Shown here: piece after piece, positions 1 through 12,280 of the stretch
Position numbering within the stretch: the stretch's first letter is position 1
Layout: each line of letters begins with the position of its first letter
NCBI GenBank assembly: GCA_965655095.1
Contig: OZ296650.1
Span: forward strand, 51,894,001 to 51,958,000
Length of the DNA: 64,000 nucleotides
Source: Haplodiscus bocki
Taxonomy: Eukaryota
Direction of reading: 5' to 3'
Position numbers and translations under genes: made by a program
The notes under the pieces: generated by a model
The model's input: only the letters and a program-made list of their open reading frames with translations
What the model was told of the DNA's origin: nothing
Databases searched by the model: none

Positions 1-2587
1 CCTTTTCTATGGCCGACACCCAGAATAGCCCTAGATTTGTTGCGATTTCAAAACTGCGAAATGAAAAATGGACCAATATGTGTGACATTACCACGCAAGT
101 CTGAAATGACACGAATGAGCACTTTCCTTATCTCAAAAATCTGATCCTGAAAACGTGCTAACAGGAACAAAAATACTTTGATCAAAAGACCACCTTTTAT
201 TTTTTGAAAAAACACACTTTTTGTATACTTCTAAATCCAAAACTTGTTAAAGCGAAAGATGCACTTGCCAAAGGGGCTCAAAAATGACTGCCGTTTGACC
301 AAATAGAACAAGCTATGACTGAATTTACTTACATTGTTCAAAAAAGTGGGCACCAATTACACCCAGTGCGTTCATCGGATACGATTACGCTCCTTTGAGT
401 CGAATTATCGGTTTCAAGATGGTGAAGTATTTGATAACAAAAGCATGATGCTCGACACGATGACATTTGATCACCCCGAACTATGTCTTTTTGATCAAAC
501 TTCAAAACAAACTCTGCTCCTGCGTATCACTTGGGCTCTACTTGAAAATAATGCAGATCTAGTGGAACCTAATGCTTTTTTATTAATGCCGTCGCCAAGC
601 AGCACCCAGAGCTCAAGCAGACCAACCGGAACCACTCTTACCGGTTGACCAAGTTATTGTTGATGAGACAGAGGAGCAACTAAGCAATCAAGTTTTTCTG
701 ACAGATAAACCGCCTGCCATTAATCCGGGCAATCTATCTCTAGCAGCCGATACTCAATTTGATGTTTTACTACCTGCTATTTTCAATTTGGATGAATCAC
801 AAATTGATAAAAAATTGACGCAAAAATAACACTTTCATATCACCAGAACCGAGAACCCATTTTTAGCTTCCGCTCCGAAAAATATTTTAGGACCCGCCCA
901 AAGCAGAACAAAGGCGTTTGCGAGCAAGTCTGAGCCCATAGAAGAGTTATCTGAGCCAGAATTTTGTTTTCCACCCGGGAAATCCTCACTATTGGGCCAT
1001 GCTCTGAGGACTTTAGTATTGAAAATGAAGTTTTGGTCAAAACACCAGTTTCTTTTGCCGTTCAGAAACCTCTGGGTGACGTTTTAGTTTCGTTCGATTA
1101 CATCTTTTAGATTTCTTCCGGAAGTGAAAAAAGCCATTTCAGTCGAAACACCAAAATCCAAACATCTAACTCCCGATTTTTTTCCACCAAACCTCGAAAA
1201 GTTCCAGCTCCTAGTGTTACTATCGGCTTCAAGACCAGCTTTGGGGCGGGGTCAGAAACATCAAGCTCATCTTCAAAATTAGAACGTAGGGATTTAGGCG
1301 CCAGGCACGTTGCAACAAACCTCACCCGCACTACCAAACCCAGATTTCTTATCTTGACAATTTAAATTCGAGCCCCCTTATGATTTTCGCAATAGACGAA
1401 TGCGACCAAATTCATTGGTTGATGCAAGTATAAAATCTAGAACAATTACTGTAATAAACTCAAACATGACTATCAGGACATGCTCTCGCATTCGTTGCAA
1501 GCCTTGTTCATATTCTGTAAGCTGATAACGATATGTCAGTTACTCCATTAATTGCCTTCCTATCAATCTCAATTTGGCAATTATGATTTAGTCGTTATAT
1601 GAGTTTCCCAAACCACCTAATTACATTGTCGGTGCATTGTACTTTTGAGCACATAAACGATCTGATAACCTGTATGGGGTATTGCAAAAGTTGAGAGTGA
1701 ACCAGTTAACCTGTGATCTCAGATCGTGAACGCCCGTACGATCGTTGAATTGCCTTTCCACCGAATAGCCATGCAATATTCGGCTTAGTCTATTTCCGGT
1801 ATAAAAAGTGGTCAGCATAGCGCTATTTGAACCACAGACTACATTGATATTTCGTTTAAATTGTGCGACTGTAAAAATTTGATTAAAAACCTTGCCTTTG
1901 ATCGCTTTGATTTCACGCGTCCCTGTGATTTTCCTGATTGCTCAATTTCCGCACCAGGTACCGAAAAACTCTAAACGTATCGAGGGAGTTTTATTCAAAT
2001 ACCAACAAACATTTTAGTGGGTCGAAAAGTTAGTGGATATTCAGTTCAATCGGCCTTCTTCAGTTTTCATACATTGACATTTCATTTTCCCAATACATCG
2101 GTGATATCGCTTTGAAGCTCGAAGATTTTGGAATCACCCGAACCACGGATGTAACCTTAAAATCTCTACCAACACCAGAACGAATTACAGCAACAAATGA
2201 ATGTTCGAAGAAATTCGATCGAAGCACTTTCCAGCCCATGATGGTTTACGCCTCCTCAATTGGGAACCAGCCGTCATGTTTCCAATGATCAATTCTTCAA
2301 TTGGTTGCCGCTCAAAACGTGGTCTTCTTTTCTTTTGTGCAGGCATCCTCGACTCCGCTGTCGCCGGACTTGTCCTTGGATCTTCCTGCTTCTTGATATG
2401 TATTTTTGCCGGTTGCAACCAGACCTCCAAGGACAACAAGCGTGCTGTCAAGGGTCCCATTCAGCACATGCGGAGAATGAAGAGTGAGTGGATTCTTATG
2501 CAGAATGTCACCAACGAGGGATTCTACTTGGCTGGATCAGAGTTGAAAGAACTCCAACTTATCAACTATCAAGTTCACTCCCTTTAA
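1..2587 (+). mobile_element. 3' half of a decayed env-bearing Ty3/Gypsy LTR retrotransposon (integrase C-terminus, spacer, env remnant)
   Basis: ORF 334-648 contains KKVGTNYTQCVHRIRLR, typical of the region after the GPY/F motif at Gypsy integrase C-termini. An env-like ORF lies at 2201-2587, followed immediately by a polypurine tract. Confidence 0.7.
2201..2587 (+). pseudogene. env: env (class I fusion protein-like) fragment
   Basis: RSKR (2309-2320) is a furin-type site followed by the hydrophobic Gly/Ala-rich GLLFFCAGILDSAVAGLVLG and a C...IF..C pattern. This parallels the env of the provirus at 38730-40974. Confidence 0.6.
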
Positions 2588-2589
2588 CC

Positions 2590-2603
2590 AAAAGGTGGGA
2601 AGG
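2590..2603 (+). promoter_or_regulatory. polypurine tract (plus-strand primer) of the first Gypsy element
   Basis: AAAAGGTGGGAAGG directly after the env stop and before the putative LTR. Confidence 0.55.
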
Positions 2604-3160
2604 TAATGACCACTCAGCTTCAAACTTTTCGGGAAAAATTCCTTCTCCTGCGAAACTGTGATAAAGAAGTTTATAGCCTAGGGGTAATTAATCACAATTT
2701 CAAAATCAATTTTTGTCTTCTATCTATTCAGCTTTGAAACGTTCTTGTGCGTCTCACCACACATTTGGCGCCAATTCTTTCACTGCCTTCGCGCCTATTT
2801 TCAAGGGTTTTTTCTGCCGCATCCCGTCATTCCCAAAGGAATCGAAGTTGCGTAATTATTTGCGTGAAGTCGTTTTATGTTTGCGATTCTATTTGGAAAA
2901 GTTGTGACGTAAGCGAAACAAGCTCTAAAGCTCCTTCCGACTGAATGGCGGACTGCTGTCAGAGGCCGCTGGCAGCCGAACCATATCTTTCGTCAGCACC
3001 GCTAATTTGCGAAAGCCTGGGAAAGGGTCCTTTTTGAAGTGGAAAGCAGCTTTTCGTACTGATGGCTAGAAGATTTAGATCCTTTAGCAAATACTACTAT
3101 TAAGTTCTCTAGACTAATTTCTCTCGTAGTATTTCAAGAATGTGATAGAGGAAAGTTACA
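2603..3160 (+). repeat. putative 3' LTR of the first Gypsy element
   Basis: Starts GTAAT after the PPT and ends GTTACA at 3160 (short inverted termini). There is no second copy in the window to confirm the boundaries. Confidence 0.4.
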
Positions 3161-3199
3161 TATGGTGATTAAGTCTAATGTTCTTACAGTGATTCCAGT

Positions 3200-6100
3200 C
3201 ATAAACCAAACCGGAGTAAAAAAACTTGAAAGACGTTCGTTGAAGTAAAAAGTAGTTAGTTTTTGAAAACATTAGGTAACAGCATACTTCACAGATGGGA
3301 TTGTGACGTAAATCTAGTCTCTTTTTTGGTAGCTTGCTGGCATTCTGGCAAGTGACACTGACAGAAGAGTTATTCCTCAGACTTGCTTTGAAGTTTTTTA
3401 TAGTTTTGAAGCGTGGGTAGCGTTCAGAGCGAATTGGGGAGGTACAGGAATGAAACTAATTGTATTTTGATAAAACCGCCATGAGCCATTTTGAGCCATG
3501 TTTTACATGAAGAGTCAATATCTGGCTGATGACAATTTTTATGATTCAGTTATTTGAAGCGTTGGAGTATTGGCAGAAGTCTTTGTACATTAAAGATCTG
3601 ATCAGAGTGTAGCAGATTGGTGAAGAATTTGATGCGCAAAGGAGCAATGTGTAATTCTGGTTCCAAAAGGCCCAATTTAAAACACTTTTTTGAAAAATTA
3701 TTAACTAGCTGAGGTCTTATATGGATGCCGTCCAAACCGGCATGCTGAAGAACCTCATAGGGAAAATATAGGTCTCAAAGAAATTGATTTTTATCTTTTT
3801 GGAAAACTAAAAGGGACAGTTCCGCGTAAGATGTGAAGAGCGCTATCCATTTATGCATCTAGAAAAACAATATGGGTTTCCATTCGAAATCATTTGAGAT
3901 TCTAACAACATCCTTGATAGAGGGAACAGTTTCAAAAGGAGCACAAGCGTTGTTTGCTACTCTGCTGGAAACAATGAATTTATCCTTAGTCGGATGTGTT
4001 GTTAACTGATTTTCTGATCACATGTCCTCAAATATGGCAATTTGTTGAAAAAAGTTGACGTATAATAGAGTAACAAATTGGTATCGTCAGCGTATGAGAA
4101 GATTGGGCTGTCATTTCAGTTTGATATGTCGTCAACATACAAGACAAAGAGAATGGGACCGTGTACTGCCCTGAGGGACTGCGCTTTAAATTGGCAAAAA
4201 TTGGAAATATGTTGTCTGAGACGCATATTCTGATACTTGTTAGAAGCATAATTTGAAAGAATTAAAAAACACTTGCTCCAGGCATATTTAGAAAGTTTTT
4301 TTTATCAACCTAGAGTAGGGAACAGAATCAGAAGCTTTAGCAAAGTCGAACTACGCTAGAGATGTCAAGTTGCCACTCTCAACAGTGGCTAAAACTTCTT
4401 CACTGTAGGCATTCAATTGAGTTACTGAGCACTTCTTCGGTACATTGAATTGTTGAGCTGAATTGAATTTTGTTATCAATTTGTTCACCAAACGTTTAAT
4501 GGAGTGTATGTTCTATTACCACAGATATAGGCGGTAGGATATGAAACTGTCTATGGTTTTCACTTTCGTTGGAACGCCGTGACTTGTGGATGGGCAATAC
4601 AATAGAAACTTTCAATTCAGTTGGGCCAATTGCAAGATTTGTTAATATTGTAGACGAGTGTTAAAACTACAGGGGAAAAACATATTATGCACAACGTTAT
4701 ACAAATGGAGACACTGGATCGTTTGAATGGTTGCTATTACTGTTGGCTAAAAAATTCGCAATAGAATTGGTTGAAAGAATACTAATTGTCAGCTGGGCAA
4801 AGTTGAGGATATCTTCAGCCATTAGTGACACATCAAATTGATCCAAAGGTAAAGGTGTGGTCAAAATGGATTCCAAGAATTTGTTAAATTCTTCAACTAT
4901 CTCAAAGTTCTTAGTTTCTGGGTTTGATTGGTTGAGGAGTTTGTCAGCAATATTTGAGTTACTTTAGAAGTGCTTGATGAACCTATGGACTTGAATAAGC
5001 TTTTTCGGAAAAAGTGAATTAAACAAAACAGCTTTGTGCAATTCAACGGACTCGGTGAAGGCATGTTTAAAGAAGCAACTTTCAGTTCTTTTCTTTTCAG
5101 AGCAGAAGGAATCTCTTTTGCTAACTGAAAACAATAAGACAAAAAGTAGTCAACAAAAGTTATTGGTTTTCTTTTTGCAGCTGTGTTGCAGAGAATCTGC
5201 GATAAAATACCTCCGATCATGTGCTGCGATATCAGGCGAATGTTGCGGGACTTGACGGCAGGACCTAGGAAAGTATCAAAACAAGCTTTTTCAAACCAAG
5301 ATTTGGAATATACTGGAATTGAGAAATTCGAAGTTTTTCGAATGTATTTGCCAAAAATCGTTGCGTTAACTTGATGTTGATCAAATTATGGATCGTCAAG
5401 AGCAAGCACTTTCAGTAGGTTGCTGTTAGGTGCAACAAGTTTTTCCAGTGTGTTACCACTGATGTCTCTAGGTGTGGGAACAACTTGGAGGAGATTGAGT
5501 TCATCAAAAACTTCAGAGTAAAAATTTTGGTTCCAATGAAGCAATAGATTCCCCCAAATCTGGGTAACTGAAGTCACCAACAACCAAAAAGTTGCAATGT
5601 TCAATCTCAATGCTAAGTTGCCTTTTTTTTGCCAGTACTAATTTCGACCAGTTGTTACTAAATTTGCACAACTGGTTCTCTTCGATGTGGTTGTGTTAAT
5701 CTTTGAGCGGATTGAAACACAGTATGAAAAAAAGAGTGATGTTAACGTATAATGATCTTTTATCAAAAAGGCACCGGAATGACAGAAGTAGGTGTCAGTG
5801 ACAAGCGGTTTCAAGGAGCAGTTGTAAGCAACTATCATACAACCACTACCAGTTTTACTGTCCGCTCTGATTAACAGAGTCAGATTTGTGAAAGGAAAAA
5901 TTTCATTATTATTAGTTTCAGAAGTGAGCCACGTTTCTGGCCGAAAACATCTGGCCGAAGACTTTTTAGATCATTTAGTGTTGGAGTCATTGGTGGATTG
6001 ATAGAATACTTTGTACATGAAAAATTTGCGCTGTTTTATTTGATTGTCAGTCACTTTGATATCTCTTGGCCTCTACATTAGTTGCATTGATACCGGTCAT

Positions 6101-6420
6101 TAGATGAAGTTTTCTTACGATTGTAAATAGTTTTGTTTGGGTATAATTTTTGTAGAGGCAAACTGGAACCTCATTTCAACGAGCTTTACTAGTTCAGTGT
6201 GACCTGTTGTAGTGGGAGAAAGACAGATTTAAAAATACTGGATCCTAAAATGTTTGTGCTGATTAAGCTTTTTCCGACATCAAATGCGCTTCTAAGGTGG
6301 GTAGGTATAAGTGGCGGACTTTTGGATCTTAAAGACGGGTTTTCCAAACCGTCGGTCGTTGTGTTGCTTTTTTGTTTTTGCCGGTACCCATCCGTTCGAT
6401 GTTGGAAATTTTTTGAGCTG
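3200..6420 (-). mobile_element. heavily decayed CR1/L2-type non-LTR retrotransposon (ORF1 C-terminus, APE endonuclease, RT)
   Basis: Minus-strand motifs: PETWLTSE (~5930), FDFAKA(S)DSVP (~4320-4350), VPQGS (~4170), SYADD (~4085). Many stops and frameshifts. Confidence 0.75.
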
Positions 6421-6697
6421 AGGTCGGGTCAGGACAGGAAACTATGTCAGTAATTCAACACCCAAGAGAAATCGTTCTTGTCCATTTTGAGATTCATGTT
6501 TGGGTATACCCTGAAATTTTTCCCAAGATTGTGTTTGTCAGAAATAGAACAAATTTTAGCACAGTTTGGCAATTGGACTTGGCTAGCCAGTACGTCTGCA
6601 TGAGCTCCTGGTTGACTAGAAGAAATAGAGGAAAAAAGAAGAAAAACTTTGATTCAAAAACAGATAGAGCATCCATTTTCACTAGAAAACATAAACA

Positions 6698-9237
6698 TTA
6701 TATCTGATAGGAACGCAGTATACGAAAATGAAATAGTCTTAGTTCGTGTTCGAATTTGGTTGCCTCAACTGGTGGTCTTTTTTCTCGTAAACCGGACGTT
6801 CCTGTGGCTCTTTTTGGCAGTATTTCGTGGAAGACATCATTCTCCCCTTGGTCAAGGATCTGTCTGTATAGTTTTTCATCGGAGATACGAATGATGTCTT
6901 TTATAGGAGTGTACTCGTTGATGATCCCAAGACGAACTGCTTCAGACTGAACTGTCAATCTTTCGGATGTTCTCATCAGATGTTCCGCCCCGAACTGAGC
7001 AGCAATACGTAAGTGTGGGTAATACCAGCGCCCTATAAAGAAGTGTTAGTTCACGAATAGAGAACCCAATTCTCCTTAACCGAAAAACAACGTATAACTT
7101 GGCAGTCTTTCGTTTTGTGATGCATTTCACATGATCAATAAAACTCAACTTTTCGTCAAATAAGATGCCAAGTAATTTAACAGAAGACCTTCTGTTGATG
7201 CCAGAGATAAGTGGAACGTCATGTCGACCAAACATCAACAGCATTTTGGAGCTTTTGTCAGCGTTAAAAGAGAGGTTCTTGGAGCAGAAAGTGGTCACCA
7301 AACTTTTGTATAATATCGAGTGTGTTGACTCCGCCTGTATAAGTGCCGCCTATCAAAGGAGTGTTATCATCAGCATATACTGTGATTCGTGTACTAGGTG
7401 ACAATAAAATTTCGCATCGAAAGGTGTCATTGACGGCATAATTGAAGAAAGTAGGACCCATTGTTGTCCCCTGGGGAACACCAAGATTAGTTGAAGCCGG
7501 CGGCGAAAATCTGGAACCCAATGATGTGTAATGACTGCAAGAAGTTAGAAAACACTTTAAAACGTTCACCACATATTCGTTAAGCAGAGGTACACATCGG
7601 GAGGTTTCTTTGAAGTTTTCCGAATGTTGAATAGTGTTGAAGGCCTTTGACATGTCCAGTGTAATAAATCGAAAAAAGTTGTAATTTTTTCGCAGAGACT
7701 ACACGTCATGAAGTAGGTTAATAAGGGCGCTGCACGTTGAACTATTCTGTCGAAAACCAAGTTGTTTTGAGCAATTATACGTGTTATAGGGCTTCTTTAT
7801 GTAATTATCGTATAGCATGCGTTCAAATAACCTCGACAAAACTGGAGTGACTGCGGTTGGTCGAAAATGATTCGGAAGTGATAGTCGAGGAACTTTTGGA
7901 ATGGGTCTGATATTAGATATCTTGAAAAAGTCAGGGACAGTGCGCGAGAGTGAGATAAGATTAAACAACGAGCAAATGGGTTCTGCTTAGTTTTCAGCTG
8001 CTCTAGTAAATATCCATAAGGGAAGACCACTAGATTCTTCTGACGTCTGTTTTTGTTTCTTCAGATAATGATAAACTTCTAGAGGGTAAAAACAGGGGAT
8101 TTCCCCTGTTGGAAATTCAATTTGCTCTAATTGTGGCTGGCCGGTAGGGTCATTTGAAAACGAATTGAAATACCATTTAAGGTTATTCCCATCATAGTTG
8201 ACAGGCGAAGCAGGTTGTTTATCTTTCGAAAGACTATTGATATCTGTCCACCAGTTGCGAGAGCCAACTTTATCGAGACTTCGGCAGTTCTTTTTGAATA
8301 CGTTCGTTCAATTCTTTAACTTTAGCAGCATTTTGTTTGCGTAAATGTTTGTTTCCCTGTTTTTTAGCAGTTTGACGAGAGGGGTAACGTGGATCGGATC
8401 TCGATCACGGACAGTCACTTCGCGAGTTGGACAGGAGATGTGAAATGCGTAATACATGATAGAAATTAGTTGACACAGAGCTTCGTTGGGATCCCTTGAT
8501 CTGTACACACAGTTATAATTCGCATCACGAAGAGGTTTGTAACACATTTGGCAGCAACTTTCACGTTGGCCTCTGAAATAGAAGACTTTTTTTCCAGTCC
8601 TGGGAATCTGCAAAGAACATAATACTCGTTCGTGGTCTGTTGAAACAGTCCGAATAACAGTTTGAACTGTCGATATTTCCCATGGGCAGGAAACTAAAAT
8701 TTTGTCGAGAACTTTATTGTTATGTGTGGGTTCAAAATTGATCTGCGTCAAGTTGCACTCAGCAATGACTTTGTCGGTGCAAAAATCATTGAAATCACCA
8801 CACATAAAAAACTGCCAGTAGTTTTTTGCGAGGCACAGATGTTCGTACGCCTGAATCAAACACGCACACAGATCCTTGTCATAATCGCAAGGGGTTGGGT
8901 AGTAGACAACACAAATAAGAGCACAGAGACTCATAATATCGATATCTAACCACAATACTTCGAATTGTCCATTGTCTTGAGTGTTTATCTGGGTACAAAA
9001 GAAAGTGCTCCGAACATAGTAACATACTCCAACTCCATGGTTCTTTTTTGAGTTTCTTGCGGATCTGTCACAGCGAAAGAGATTGTAAGTTGGAATTGAG
9101 ATGAAAATAGCGTCGATATCAGAGTTTAGCCACGATTCCGAGCCAAAACACCAGTCTATAGATTGTGCAGCAAGATCAGTGGACAAATGGAAAACAGCGT
9201 TGGGTTTCCTAACTGAGCGAGCGTTAATCAACATCAA
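6698..9237 (-). pseudogene. LINE ORF2 (APE endonuclease + reverse transcriptase), broken by frameshifts
   Basis: Collinear ORF fragments 8308-9237, 7699-8030, 7264-7653, 6942-7301 and 6698-6976 carry EN and RT motifs in the expected order. Confidence 0.85.
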
Positions 9238-9255
9238 ATTGCAGTATGTTGGTTG

Positions 9256-10044
9256 TCATAAATTTGCCGGTTGCTCATTTCCATTAACATAGAGATTCAA
9301 ATTACGATATCTGATAGACGTCCGTTTTGTTCCTTTTTCCATGAGATCGCGACGCTTCTTAAAGAGATATCTTTCTGATATACGCTCTTCGTGTGTTAAT
9401 TCACGTGATATAAAAGCTCGGTAATCAGCTGGATATTCTTTCATATGGTGAGAAGTTGTCAGAGTTTTTCGTGTCGTCCAAATAATTGAGAGCTTCACGA
9501 TGATGCCTCTTCGCTTGGTTTCGTCATATTTACCACTTCGGGAACAGTCGGAAATAGTGGGTTCTTCGCCAATTGTATGTTTCAAAATAGCCATGACGTG
9601 CTTCATGTCGTGCTGAAGCCTCTGCGCTGAATTTTGTGATGCAATTTCCGGGACGTTTTGAATTCGAATGCCAGTACTACAGTCTTGTGAATCTTGTTTG
9701 CGTACGTTTTCGAGGGTCTTCACTTCACTTTCATTCAATTTTTTCTCGACGAGTTGAAGTACTTTTTCGACTTTCTTTTCAGGGGACGACAATTTGTTCT
9801 CTATTTCTGCGCATTGCAATGTGGCATTGACAGTTATCTTCGGGAAACAATAGTCACAATAGTATCTGAAGTTTGGAAACTTCTTCAGCGTTTGGTACTC
9901 ATCTGCTGTCATAGACATACACTCTGCGTGTGTCCTGGAGTCGCAAGCATCGCATTGAAACCAGCAGCCACCGCTCTTTTTCTTGCATTTGACACAGTTG
10001 TCCTCCGATACGGAGCCACCACGGTCGCACCTCGCAGCTGCCAT
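9256..10044 (-). CDS. LINE ORF1 protein with N-terminal PHD finger (uninterrupted, 262 aa)
   Basis: C4HC3 pattern CVKC...CDAC...H..C...CDYC, then a coiled coil and the typical CR1 ORF1 C-terminal region (GIRIQNVPE, RSGKY, FISRELT). Confidence 0.8.
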   Translation of the reverse strand: MAAARCDRGGSVSEDNCVKCKKKSGGCWFQCDACDSRTHAECMSMTADEYQTLKKFPNFRYYCDYCFPKITVNATLQCAEIENKLSSPEKKVEKVLQLVEKKLNESEVKTLENVRKQDSQDCSTGIRIQNVPEIASQNSAQRLQHDMKHVMAILKHTIGEEPTISDCSRSGKYDETKRRGIIVKLSIIWTTRKTLTTSHHMKEYPADYRAFISRELTHEERISERYLFKKRRDLMEKGTKRTSIRYRNLNLYVNGNEQPANL

Positions 10045-10115
10045 CCGATATGAAACACACTATTTAATAAGTTTATCACAACAATTTACTAGGCTTGTGT
10101 CGCGTTAGTCATACA

Positions 10116-10171
10116 CTAAACAGGCCATAACGCTAAACAGGCCATAACGCTAAACAGGCCATAACGCTAAA
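10116..10171. repeat. 17-bp tandem repeat x3.3 at the 5' end of the LINE
   Basis: CTAAACAGGCCATAACG at 10116, 10133 and 10150, plus CTAAA. Confidence 0.95.
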
Positions 10172-10279
10172 GAATGCTAGTTCTAAATTTTGAAATGATA
10201 TTATAAAAGTAATAATAGCAGCTAACCGTTTGAATGGATAGTTGTTGGAAAGCGGTAACAAAGTTGGAATTGCACATTT

Positions 10280-11408
10280 TGTAGCTTCAAAATTTCGTTG
10301 CCATGCCTCAGACGGTTAACAAGGAAGCTTTTTTATTTGTTACCCCCCGTTCTCGGAGCTTTGATTTTATTGCTTCAAGAATGGCACACTTTCCTTCATT
10401 TTTTGACGCTTTTTGACGGATCACCATATTTGATGCCCCTTCGCGGAAGGCTTACCGTACTTGGTCACAACCTTGAAAAGTACGAGAGCTCGGCCATTTT
10501 GAGCGGCCGGCCGCCAACACGAAAAATCATAACCTTCTTGATCGCTTACCGTCAACCACCACCTCCAAAACAGAAACTTACTGAAATTTCTAACTTTCTC
10601 TTCGAAAACCTTCGAAACTTCAGAAAATTGAGAACTTCAAACCAAATTCCAAATTTCTTCAATTTTGGCCAAAACCTCTCCGATTTTGGAATATCTTTAC
10701 TATTCAAAGGCAGAATCTACTATTCAAAGACTGAAAGGAAAGAACTGCAAACAGTGCATCAAAATCTACTGAAAGTTTTTGAAAAAACTGTTAGTATCTA
10801 AAATAACTAATCCTGGTAGGGTACATCTCGCCAGAAAACTTAGTTAATTAAGATCGGGTACCGTCAGCCGATACTCTGAATAGGAGCGGCCACGAAGACT
10901 GCTCCGAAAAAAAGCTCAGTATTCAAAACTTCCCGATACCTAGGAGACTCGCTCAGTGGTCCTTCCATTTGGGGTTGTGCCTTTTTTTCGCTGCCTCCGT
11001 TAAAAAGAAATGATGCTGAGTCTTAGATAAAATTTTCAACTAACGCAGTTCTGATCAGACTCAGGCCCATTCGGTTTTATCCGATGATATTTTCCTGACG
11101 CTAGGTGAAATCGCACGGTGGCTACGCCATAAAACGAGTTAATCGTGTCTTAGTTACTAACCCAAACTTCTGATCGGAAATGAGCCAGCGGTCACAAAAA
11201 CCCTAGATTTTACTCTTCGGGTTGACAACTAAGTACTGGCCTAATAGAAATCGCTAGGTTGATTCGTTACGCGAATTATCTAGTCTTGGCTAAAAACTGA
11301 CTTAGAGGAACACTTTTAAAATAAACTACTAGAAAAGACGGACGAAATTCCGTTCTAGAACTGACCTATTGCAAATCGATGGTGCTCAATGGAAAATCAT
11401 CTCCTACA
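10280..11408. repeat. possible solo LTR
   Basis: Begins TGTAG and ends CTACA. Non-coding and compositionally distinct from the flanks. No TSD seen. Confidence 0.3.
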
Positions 11409-11599
11409 AAGTTAGAAAAGGTATTGTTTTTGGTTACTGGAGCTACCGTTAAATCATTATTTCAGCGCGTGCAATTATAATTTCTATTTTCCTTAAAAAA
11501 ACGTGTAAAACTTAGAAATGTCATTCTGAAACAAAATTGTTGGGTGTTAAGAATCTTGTTCAAATAGCTCCAAAGTGGTAAAGCTGCTAACTTCCTTTT

Positions 11600-12280
11600 T
11601 TCGGAAAAAGTTGGGATAGAGTGAAATTTGAACCAAATTCTATGTGCCTAAGCCGATACCGTCCCCTCTGTTATCCAAGTTTGACATTACAAACATTAGA
11701 TTTGAAGCCATAACTTTCTTGGTTTATATAATAGAAATGCTTGCTTTGAATAAATTCTTAACAACTCTTTCAACCACTCTATAGCTATTCACTAAGTCCT
11801 TGCCAGCGAATTCACGCTCTACTTTGTTCACGCGGGCCGGCAAAGCAACTTTGAGACTTGAGGTTGTTTAATCAGTAATGGCCGCACACTAAGAAAGCTG
11901 ACAATTATTTGTCAGTATAACTTGGAACCAAAATATTCTACCACCCCATGGGACACTTGTAATTCACAAAATTTATGATAACTTTCTCCAGACATTGCAC
12001 TTCACCTGTCATCAACGTCAATTTCTTCGAGCTCAAACAATTATCACATGCGTAAAGTAAAATTGGAGATGATGTAGGTGCACCAAACTGATCTGAGGTA
12101 TAATTACAGCATGTCAAATGGAGCCAGACAATACACAAGGTACGCCGAATCCACTTGCCAGTGTCATCGTCTGTGTTTGAATTGCATTGAGTGCACAATT
12201 CGGTGATTGCCGAGCCCTTTTGCCGATTTTCGTTAGCCATATGCAATATGAGACTTTTTACTGAGTTTATCACAAAAACT
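11600..12280 (-). pseudogene. decayed LINE ORF1 N-terminus with PHD finger
   Basis: ORF 11938-12273: CTQC...WIR(R)TLC..WLH..C...YACDNC, a degenerate C4HC3 similar in layout to ORF1 at 9256-10044. Confidence 0.65.

Larger units (their letters stand above)
6660..10171 (-). mobile_element. near-full-length CR1/L2-type LINE with PHD-finger ORF1 and frameshifted ORF2
   Basis: ORF1 at 9256-10044. Endonuclease at 8308-9237 (INARS, SESWL, GDFND, LDKI, TDH). RT fragments at 6698-8030 (FRPTAVT, GFRQNSST, MSKAFNTI, GVPQGTTMGP, YADD, LLGILFD). Confidence 0.9.

Noticed and set aside
10298-10801. 167-aa ORF
   Set aside because: TTG start, no recognisable motif, and it lies in an LTR-like non-coding segment.
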